Below, one piece after another: positions 13,201-25,200 of a DNA stretch of 64,000 nucleotides. The position numbers and the translations under genes were made by a program. How positions within the stretch are numbered: position 1 is the first letter of the stretch; every line of letters begins with the position of its first letter. The notes under the pieces were generated by a model that saw nothing but the letters and a program-made list of their open reading frames with translations, searched no databases and had not been told where the DNA came from. Source of the DNA: Lingula anatina (taxonomy: Eukaryota; Animalia; Brachiopoda); contig CM120642.1 in assembly GCA_051362555.1 (NCBI GenBank), forward strand, positions 34,188,356-34,252,355, written 5' to 3'.

Positions 13201-16200
13201 ACAGTATGATAATTAAACAACAAGCAAATATGGTAAGCCACACTCATGTCAGTTAAATCAACCTTGGATATCACACCAACACACTTCATTCTCATGCATT
13301 GCTTAATTGGTGAGTGATGAGATGGGCAGAGTCCTCTCCTCACAACCAAGATTCTAACCTGGGCACCAAATATTTCTTATAAAGCTGGATCTCTCTTTAG
13401 ATAATAAATACATGGATTTTCTCACAAATTTAATTCTTTGATATTACACTTAATAAATGTGTATTATTTTATAAAAACTGGGAGAATACCAATCTGCAAA
13501 ACTACAAAACTTGGCTTTGATAATAACAAACATGGAACACTGGGGAAGAAGAATTCAGTGCAGAATTTCAATGACAAAATCACAATTTGAGAAAAGAGAG
13601 ACCTGATTCAAAACTGATCTAATTTTAGAATTTTAATTAAATGCTTTCTACATTTCAGTTTTGAGATGAAAACTAAGCCAATTCATGTAATAAGCATCCT
13701 CTCCAGTGGGTCTTATTCTTCAAATTGTCTGATAAAAAATAAAATTTTGGGCACATATATAATGACAGTAGACCACCAGCCACAGCTCTATCATTACATA
13801 ATCACTTTGTCAATCACTGATATATACAACTGCAATTTTTGGCTCATTTAACTTCATGCAATTTTTATGAAGATTTTCATCAACACTGAATGTTGTCCTC
13901 TACCCAGGTTTGGAGAAGGGGAAGTGTGATAGCATCAATTTTATACAACATTGGGAAAAATAAATAAATCACAATCAAATCAATCATCTAAAAATGACAG
14001 ACACCAGTACAGGCAGGAAGAATCTGTGCATGCTGGAAATAAACTTCTAAATGACTAAACTGTGCTACAACATTGCTGTTCCATATACATACTAGCTTTG
14101 GTACAATCTCACTGTTTCTATAGGAAAATCTTTACTAAAATCCATAAATTTGGGACAACAGCCAAACAGCTTCAAATCTGCTATAAATTCTCTAAAGATA
14201 CAATCGTGAAATTTTGGTCAATTAATTTGTAATTCAATGTTTTTACAACAAATCTTGAAATTCAGGTACGTTTTTCTATTTGTAATTCCATGTTTTTACA
14301 ACAAATCTTGAAATTCAGGTATGTTTTTCTATTTGTAATTCCATGTTTTGTTCATCATATCTCACCATACCAAAGAAAGCTGGCAATGTTATATGGCGAG
14401 TATGAACACTTTCAACAAATAGCCACTCCAAGCCAAAAGCTTTATTGTGGGACTATACATATCTTTTTATCCAAGCTGCTAATTCCCTCCAAGGCTATTA
14501 GATATATATGGTTAAGGCACAGCAATGTTAGGCCATATCAGACCATATTGCAAACTTTCAAAGGAAAGATGGATCACAAGGAAGACAACATCTGGGACAT
14601 GCAAAATAAGCTGACTGAAAGCATGAAATGATAACAAAATATGATCAATACACAGGACAGGTGAAGGGGCTAGCTATGGATACACCAATGGTAAGAATGT
14701 GCCTATAGACTGGTTTATTGAAATACACAGGACAGGTGAAGGGGCTAGCTATGGATACACCAAAGGTAAGAATGTGCCTATAGACTGGTTTATTGAAATA
14801 AACTCTGGGGAAAAAAACATTAATTTAGGGCAATATTTGAAAAAAACTTTTGTCCATTTATTCTATGAGTATACTTTAGTAAGTATTACTTCCACTGCCC
14901 TGAGAATTATCAGATGCCTGGCAAAACATCAACCTTAATATGAGCAGTTATAATCAAAGGAGATCAAGTTCAGTGTATTAAAGATGAATTATCTTATATA
15001 GATCATTTTAAAAGAAAGTTAAAATGTAAATCACTGAATTTAGGGATATCAAGAATGTTATCAGTCTTCATGACCAAAAAACTTATGTGAAATTGATGTA
15101 TCATCATCACTGTCTTTGGCCTTGGTCAGAATGGCGGCAGCAGCAACATTCTTAGAACAGTTGCCTCTGTCTCATTAGTATTTAATTTGTTTACAGGCCA
15201 GTATCATTTGTGATGGTGACGGAATAGGTAACATTTGGTTACAGGCCAGTATCATTTGTGATGGTGACGGAATAGGTAACATTTGGTTACAGGCCAGTAT
15301 CATTTGTGATGGTGACGGAATAGGTAACATTTGGTTACAGGCCAGTATCATTTGTGATGGTGACGGAATAGGTAACATTTGGTTACAGGCCAGTATCATT
15401 TGTGATGGTGACGGAATAGGTAACATTTGGTTACAGGCCAGTATCATTTGTGATGGTGACGGAATAGGTAACATTTGGTTACAGGCCAGTATCATTTGTG
15501 ATGGTGACGGAATAGGTAACATTTGGTTACAGGCCAGTATCATTTGTGATGGTGACGGAATAGGTAACATTTGGTTACAGGCCAGTATCATTTGTGATGG
15601 TGACGGAATAGGTAACATTTGGTTACAGGCCAGTATCATTTGTGATGGTGACGGAATAGGTAACATTTGGTTACAGGCCAGTATCATTTGTGATGGTGAC
15701 GGAATAGGTAACATTTGGTTACAGGCCAGTATCATTTGTGATGGTGACGGAATAGGTAACATTTGGTTACAGGCCAGTATCATTTGTGATGGTGACGGAA
15801 TAGGTAATATTTGGTTACAGGCCAGTATCATTTGTATAGTGATAAAAAAGGTTATATTTGATTTGCCACTGCTAGGCTTCCCACCAGATGGTGCCTAAAA
15901 TATTAGCTTCAAGACTGGCTGGTCTTCTGGTTTAAAGAGAGAAAACACATATTACATGATGTATTGTAGAGAGAGTTCATATGTCATGGATTATCATTAA
16001 AAGAGAAGATACTTCAAATAAAGTACTATAGGCATATTCCACCAGAGATGTTTCAAAATACTGAACCTAACCTAGCATATTGTGAGTGACTTGGAAAATA
16101 AAAGTTGGTCTTCCCAACATGCTCCAGTTTGTACTAAGGTAGTCGACTTCTGTGCGGAAAATATCCAGCAACAACTCGTTGTCTAATGCCAGGTAAAACT

Positions 16201-19200
16201 GGAGCTGATCCATGAACTGCAAGAGTAAGAAAACAGTGAACATTCAGTAAGACTGCATCAAAGTCCACTGGAGTCTCTAGTTGTCCCCCCAGCAGGTACT
16301 AGCTGGAGTCTCCAGTGCTCCCCCCCCCCCCGGCAGGTACTAGCTGGAGTCTCCAGTGGTCCCCCCAGCAGGTGCTAGCTGGAGTCTATAGCTGGGTTTT
16401 CTAGTTGAGTTATGGGCAACATAGTAACATGAAAAGAGATGCATTTTAGCAACTTTTTTTCTTCTTTATAATGGGGAAAATAATTATCAAATTTTAACAA
16501 ACACAAAAAAAATCAACTTGACAATGAAAAATGCAAGCATGTACATAAAACAGGCTAAACTTAAATTAAAACTCATTTGTAGAGAGGTTGATGGCATTAT
16601 GGTCATTTGGCCTTTTCTACATCATATTCAGTCAAGTATCTGGTAGGAGTTTTGATTATAAAAATAGTCTGTTACAGTGTCCTATGACAAAGATAGTCTG
16701 CTAAAACAAATAAGACAAGTTAGCAAATCAATAATATTTTACATTAAGATTAAAACTTTCATCTATCCAAAGTTACATCAAAATAATGCAATAAATCATT
16801 AAAGAACTTCCTTTAATTTTTTCATACTGACAATTTTACTCCATCAAAAAACAAAGTATCTAAAAGTAGTATATAAAATTGTTCAGGGTTTCATTCTATC
16901 AATAAGCCATTTTAGTGATGAACTATTCTCTTACCTGTGGCATGAAGGCATAAATATGGTCTCCAAGACGATACAGTTTACTGGTTGCTAGGAGACCAAC
17001 TTCAGAGGAAGGTCTGCCAGTCAAGCCCAACTTCTTATTCTTTCCTGAAATTACAAAAGATATGAAATGTACCAATAAAATCCAAATAAAAACATATCAA
17101 TGACAAGTTTACCTTCTCAATGGGAGTCATCCATAATCTTCCCAATGTCTCACTACGTAATGTAAAATCAAAGAAAAATTTACCAATTTGGAAGAGAGTG
17201 AGATCAGACATAACTGAAGACTTGGGAATCTATGACATAAACTTACTCACCTTACAAAGAATACACATGACTGAGTACCCTAGCTGGGTGGACCTGTATG
17301 GGTGACACCTGTCCTATAGTCTATCACATTAACTTACTCACCTAACAAAGAATACACATGACTGAGTAGGCTAGCTGGGTGGACCTGTATGGGTGACACC
17401 TGTCCTATAGTCTATCACATTACCTTACTCACCTAACAAAGAATACACATGACTGAGTACCCTAGCTGGGTGGACCTGTATGGGTGACACCTGTCCTATA
17501 GTCTGGACATGGAGGTCGTGTTCAGCCAGCCTCTCCTGGATGATAAAATCCTCGGCCAGAATGACCACTTGGACGACCAGGTCTGGTTTGGGGAGAGTGA
17601 CCAGCCGACGATTTAGAGGGTCCAGTTCACCAGGGGTCAGGAAGTTCTGAAATGATAGGTTGTGATGTAAACTTTGTATTTGTATTTAGAGGGTCCAGTT
17701 CACCAGGGGTCAGGAAGTTCTGAAATGATAGGTTGTGATGTAAACTTTGTATTTTTATTTAGAGGGTCCAGTTCATCAGGAGTCAGGAAGTTCTGAAATG
17801 ATAGGTTGTGATGTAAACTTTGTATTTGTATTTAGAGGGTCCAGTTCACCAGGAGTCAGGAAGTTCTGAAATGATAGGTTGTGATGTAAACTTTGTATTT
17901 TTATTTAGAGGGTCCAGTTCACCAGGGGTCAGGAAGTTCTGAAATGATAGGTTGTGATGTAAACTTTGTATTTTTATTTAGAGGGTCCAGTTCATCAGGA
18001 GTCAGGAAGTTCTGAAATGATAGGTTGTGATGTAAACTTTGTATTTGTATTTAGAGGGTCCAGTTCACCAGGAGTCAGGAAGTTCTGAAATGATAGGTTG
18101 TGATGTAAACTTTGTATTTTTATTTAGAGGGTCCAGTTCATCAGGAGTCAGGAAGTTCTGAAATGATAGGTTGGGATGTAAACTTTGTATTTGTATTTAG
18201 AGGGTCCAGTTCACCAGGAGTCAGGAAGTTCTGAAATGATAGGTTGTGATGTAAACTTTGTATTTTTATTTAGAGGGTCCAGTTCATCAGGAGTCAGGAA
18301 GTTCTGAAATGATAGGTTGTGATGTAAACTTTGTATTTGTATTTAGAGGGTCCAGTTCATCAGGAGTCAGGAAGTTCTGAAATGATAGGTTGTGATGTAA
18401 ACTTTGTATTTTTATTTAGAGGGTCCAGTTCATCAGGTGTCAGGAAGTTCTGAAATGATAGGTTGTGATGTAAACTTTGTATTTGTATTTAGAGGGTCCA
18501 GTTCATCAGGAGTCAGGAAGTTCTGAAATGATAGGTTGGGATGTAAACTTTGTATTTGTATTTAGAGGGTCCAGTTCATCAGGAGTCAGGAAGTTCTGAA
18601 ATGATAGGTTGTGATGTAAACTTTGTATTTGTATTTAGAGGGTCCAGTTCATCAGGAGTCAGGAAGTTCTGAAATGATAGGTTGTGATGTAAACTTTGTA
18701 TTTTTATTTAGAGGGTCCAGTTCATCAGGAGTCAGGAAGTTCTGAAATGATAGGTTGGGATGTAAACTTTGTATTTGTGATCCCTTCCTAAATATTAAGT
18801 GTAATAAATGATAACAATATTTACATCAATTCCCCATGTTGATCTTTTGTGGTAACAATTAGACAATAATGAACAGCACTGAACTGTCTGCAGCAAACAT
18901 GACCACCACAGGTATTGGTAATTTAATTTTATATGATAGCACTTTATCTTCAAATTATTTTCACTTGCTCTTCTTCACTTCAGTCTAAACATCACTTACC
19001 TCCATCAGAAGTCTCCCCAGTATATACAGTGACTGTCCCCACCTATGGGGCACCTGTCCTACTATCTTTCTCTCCTGGCTGTGGGGTTTCTTATACTCTG
19101 CATCCACTTTGTCTGCTGGCACCAAGTAGGACTCTGGCATACACAGAATACCATCTGGCTGACGGACCATAATACGGTCTAGAGCATCTCGATATTTATC

Positions 19201-22200
19201 AACCTGTCAGTGAAAAAATAGTATAACATATATTTATACTGTGCAGCTTTTGAACTAGGGAAATTTAAATAAATGTTAAAGAACCTAATGCCTTATGCCA
19301 ACTTAACAACTGACTAACCCGTTTGGTTTACATTATATAACCCATCTAGGATGAGGTAGACTAACCTGTGCTTGGTTTTCATTATATAACCCATCTAGGA
19401 TGAGGTAGACTAACCTGTGCTTGGTTTTCATTATATAACCCATCTAGGATGAGGTAGACTAACCTGTGCTTGGTTTTCATTATATAACCCATCTAGGATG
19501 AGGTAGACTAACCTGTGCTTGGTTTTCATTATATAACCCATCTAGGATGAGGTAGACTAACCTGTGCTTGGTTTTCATTATATAACCCATCTAGGATGAG
19601 GTAGACTAACCTGTGCTTGGTTTACATTATATAACCCATCTAGGATGAGGTAGACTAACCTGTGCTTGGTTTTCATTATATAACCCATCTAGGATGAGGT
19701 AGACTAACCTGTGCTTGATTTTCATTATATAACCCATCTAGGATGAGGTAGACTAACCTGTGCTTGGTTTTCATTATATAACCCATCTAGGATGAGGTAG
19801 ACTAACCTGTGCTTGGTTTTCATTATATAACCCATCTAGGATGAGGTAGACCAACCTGTGCTTGGTTTTCATTATATAACCCATCTAGGATGAGGTAGAC
19901 TAACCTGTGCTTGGTTTTCATTATATAACCCATCTAGGATGAGGTAGACTAACCTGTGCTTGGTTTTCATTATATAACCCATCTAGGATGAGGTAGACTA
20001 ACCTGTGCTTGGTTTCCATTAAACAACCCATCTAGGATGAGGTAAGCAAAGAACATTGGCCATTCACATTCTATGTGCTCAAACACCTTCAGCTCCCAGG
20101 GCTCATAGTGCAGACGGTTTGGATCCTGCAACAAATATGGTTCCAGTCCATCAGCAAGTAAGTGGCAAACCATGTAAGTAATGCAATATATCTACATAAA
20201 CAACATATATGACATGACATGGAGGGTCAAGTGAGTTGACTGTGTTAGGTGAGACAGATGACTGTGTTAGATGAGACAGGTATGGGGTTTAAACCAGCAA
20301 TTGTGTTGGAGATGACTCAGATGACTGCTAATTGTGATGAATGTGAGATGATTGTGTTAGGTGTGACAGCTGCTGTGACTGCCAATTGTGCAAAAATGTA
20401 AGTTGTGATTACATTAGGTGTGACAGCACTGACAACACCATAGATGTCTATGTAAAGTCTGTCCCCCTCTTTTTAAAGCATAAGCCATCATAAATCAACA
20501 CTTGAAGAGTAAAATGAATAGGAAATATGATTGTCTTCTGTGTGTTTTCCTATATTTCAACTTACACTAATCAATCAAGGTACGTGGTTAAGAACACATC
20601 TGTGCATATAATTTATGTGAGATAGAGGATTTGACTTAGAACAACATTTGTACATTGATTCTTTTTTAAGCACCAGAGAGCAAAAGTCACAATGAACAGT
20701 GTCACACTATATTATATAGACATCAATGCATGTAGTTAGAAGCTCTGGGGATGTATTTCACATGACAGTTGAACAGTTGCAGCTCATTCAGAAAGCTACA
20801 CACAATTATTACTTAGACTTAGGGTTCAACAAGTTGTGAGAATAAAAATTGATAACTGTCATGATTCTTCATTTTTTACTTGCTTAACAAAAAAAAAATA
20901 ATGCATTTCATAAATAATCACTGGTAAATAATTGTTAAACATCAAGGAAGTGGATAATAAAACTTACAACAAATACTTAACAAATACATAAATTCAATGC
21001 AGCCCTCATGTTATCACACCACATCATTACTTGATAAGAAAGCAATGTAGCACATGTCACATACTCCTACAACATTCAGCAAGCTTACACAGACAAAGTG
21101 AAACAAGATATGGACTTAAACACTTCTATTAACTGGAGTAGGCAAGTAGTTAAATACTGAAATATAGCAAAAATAACAAAAATTAGTTCCTCTAAAAATT
21201 AAATTAAAATTTCATAACATTGTCCTAGTTAGATATCAATTAATAATAAAAACTGATGACAAAAAAACTACTTTAACTGTAAATTTAAGTACTAAAATAA
21301 ATATGAAAAATGAAGAAAATAATTTGAACTTGATTAAAATCTACGATTCAGAAGCAGTGTGCACTGCAAGCCAGAGCACAGCAGCTGCAGCTCTTTATAT
21401 CTAGATAAATGACACAGCCAAAGGTAGGACAGAGATCATGCATAGCTATGCCTCCTGGTGAAGAAATATCCCTCCTCCCTTTTTTCAAAAAAAAGGAGGC
21501 AAAGATCCTTTTCCAACTTGCTTCAAAAAGGCAATGAAAAGCTGAAGCCAAAATCTCACAGAACCCAGCTGCCAGGAATGTCCAACCTGGTTAGGGAAAC
21601 TTTGAGCACACTTCAAAGTATTCCAAATTCAGGGAAGCCATCCCAGTCTAGAGGAAAGCCATCCCAGTTTGGAGAGAAGCCATCCCAGTCTGGAGGGAAG
21701 CCATCCCAGTCTAGAGGGAAGCCATCCCAGTCTAGAGGAAAGCCATCCCAGTTTGGAGAGAAGCCATCCCAGTCTGGAGGGAAGCCATCCCAGTCTAGAG
21801 GGAAGCCATCCCAGTTTGGAGAGAAGCCATCCCAGTCTGGAGGGAAGCCATCCCAGTCTGGGCTCCAAAGTCAAAGCCTTGACTTTATACTGCACACAGC
21901 AGTTAATACACACATACCACGTTCCTCATACACACATACCACATGTTCCTCATACACACATACCATGTTCCTCATACACACATACCACATGGTCCTCATA
22001 CACACATACCATGTTCCTCATACACACATACCATGGTCCTCATACACACATACCACATGGTCCTCATACACACATACCACGTTCCTCATACACACATACC
22101 ATGTTCCTCATACACACATACCATGTTCCTCATACACACATACCACATGTTCCTCATACACACATACCACATGTTCCTCATACGCACATAACACATGTTC

Positions 22201-25200
22201 CTCATACGCACATACCACATGTTCCTCATACACACATACCATATGTTCCTCATACACACATACCATATGTTCCTGATACACACATACCATGTTCCTTATA
22301 CACACATACCACATGTTCCTCATACACACATACCACATGTTCCTCATATACATATACCACGTTCCTCACACACACATACCATGTTCCTCATACACACATA
22401 CCATGTTCCTCATACACACATACCACATGTTCCTCATACACACATACCACATGTTCCTCACACACATATACCATGTTCCTCACACACACATACCACATGT
22501 TCCTCATACACACATACCATGTTCCTCACACACACATACCATGTTCCTCATACACACATACCATGTTCCTCAAACACACATACCACGTTCCTCATACACA
22601 CATACCACGTTCCTCATACACACATACCATGTTCCTCATACACGCATACCACGTTCCTCATACACACATACCACGTTCCTCATACACACATACCACATGT
22701 TCCTCATACACACATACGATGTTCCTCATACACACATACCACCTTCCTCATACACACATACCACGTTCCTCATACACACATACCACGTTCCTCATACACA
22801 CATACCATGTTCCTCATACACACATACCACGTTCCTCATACACACATACCATGTTCCTCATACACACATACCATGTTCCTCATACACGCATACCATGTTC
22901 CTCATACACACATACCACGTTCCTCATACACACATACCACATGTTCCTCATACACACATACCATGTTCCTCATACACACATACCATGTTCCTCATACACA
23001 CATACCATGTTCCTCACACACACATACCACATGTTCCTCACACACACATACCATGTTCCTCACACACACATACCACATGTTCCTCATACACACATACTAT
23101 GTTCCTCATACACACATACCATGTTCCTCACACACACATACCATGTTCCTCACACACACATACCACATGTTCCTCACACACACATATCTACTTTATATCT
23201 TAGTGCACTCATACAGTGACACAAACTGTTGAACATATAGAAATTTAAAGTTTAGAAATCCAATGATAAAGCTTATAACATTACTCCATATTCCACTTCA
23301 TATTGATCAAGGTCCTCTTCACTAGATTGGAACTGTTTCTTCACATTCAAGTTGCAGGCAGCCACATTGGGTGAGGTTGGTGGGGTGCCTGGGGTCAGAT
23401 CATCATCAGAATGGATTAAAATATGCTGCTCCTTTAACTCAGGTTTGAGACTCTTGGTAGCTTTTTCTTTGTGTAATCCATAACCAGAAGTCACTTCACT
23501 ATAACTGCCGCTATTTGTCAAACGTGAGTCTTTAGGGTGCAGTAGAGGAGGGGTACAAGGATGAAATAGTATATTTGTACTCTTGCTTCCATAGCTGGGT
23601 ACCCTTCTCTCCAGAAGGCTAGGAACAGTCTCCCCCAGATTAAATGAACTGCTCAATTTCTTATCTTCATCACATGATTCTCTGGGATTTGGACAACTCA
23701 CAAGAGTGGGAGCCCCATAACATGGTCTATGGTTTGCCATCATATCTTCATCACATGATTCTCTGGGATTTGGACTACTCACAAGAGTGGGAGCCCCATG
23801 ATATGTTCTATGGTTTGCTATCTTGGGCTCAACAAGTGAAGTATCAAAGTCATGAGATGTTGACTTCACAGGTTCACTAGTTCTGTTTGTAAATATTCTA
23901 TCAATACTGGAGTTATCACCTTTGATAAAGGACGGATCTGAGTGGGACAGTCTACAAACTGTGTTATTTGCACTATCAGCCAATTTTGACCCGCTGTATG
24001 TCTGCCCATCACAGCAAGTGCCATGTGAGGAGCCACCTTTGTTGGCTGTTTGTGCATCTCTGGACAGACAGACTGAATCACTGGGGATACCTTGGTAAAT
24101 TGGCTTCTTTCTTTCTCCAGTGCCTGTCATTTCACACTCTGGGGGAATTATTTTGATGAGGGGAGGATTACAACTTTGAGTCTGACTAGTGTAGTCATAA
24201 TCTCCAATTTTCTGTAATGAGAGCTTGCTTTTTTGTCTGGATCTCCAGTTTAAATCTGGTGCTGACAGACATCGAGGTGTTCCTGATACTGAGCTACTGG
24301 CCAAGGTGGGCGGGCTATTGGCCAAGGTGGGCGGGCTATTGGCCAAGGCGGGTGGTCTACTAGCCAAGGTGGGTGGCCTATTGGGTGAGGTAGGCGGGCT
24401 ATTGGCCAAGGTGGGTGGGCTATTGGGTTCAGAGGAAATGTCTGACAGGTGAGATGAAGAAAACATGGTAGAGAGCTGAAATACTTTCTGTACAGGATCT
24501 TTTGGAACAGGTGCCCATTTTAGAGCCAGGTTATCAGACATGGAGGTGAGATACTGTGTGTAGTCAAGCCTGCCTTTTAGGTCAGGGCGACGCCGACATT
24601 CATCTACAACCATATCATGTAAGGAGTCACCAAAAGATTCTTCTGCATTTAATTCTAGTTTCCCTTCCTGGACCAACTTTGCCTCTAACTTCCAAATTTC
24701 TGTCCTCAATTTCTGACTCTCCTGGGTCTCTTCCTCCTCCTCATCTGTCTCAGATACAATGCTATATTTCCTCAAATTTTTCACAGTCTCCGAGTTGATA
24801 GTCTTCTGCAAGTACTGCCCAAGTCCTATCTGTTCATAGCCAGGCTGGGCACTCTTGCTGGAAGACCTCTTGAAACATGGCTTTTCTTTTATTGTGGCAT
24901 TCTCCTCTAGCTGAGGAGTAGACATGATAATACTGCCATGCTGGTCACTCATGCTATCCACCACACTGTGGTCTAGACTGACCCTGTGCTTTAGACATAC
25001 CTCTTTTGCTGTCCTGTACCCATCTCTTATAAACCTGGCAAAGCCATAGTGACCCTGGACAAAGAAAAAAAAGGTTTGCCATTAATGTCCATTTTATATT
25101 CCTTCACTGGTAAAATATTTTTGCTCAGCACAAATTAAAAAGATAACAACTGATTTATTATAAAAATGAGTTATTAAGAATATTTTGCTATACAGCACAG

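Noticed and set aside
15175-15831. 218-aa ORF of perfect 16-aa repeats; CRISPR-like regularity
   Set aside because: Pure 48-bp tandem repeat with no unique spacers, no cas genes and a eukaryotic context
21458-23232. His/Thr/Pro-rich ORFs up to 516 aa
   Set aside because: Derived from CA-rich and 21-bp minisatellites and open in all three plus frames
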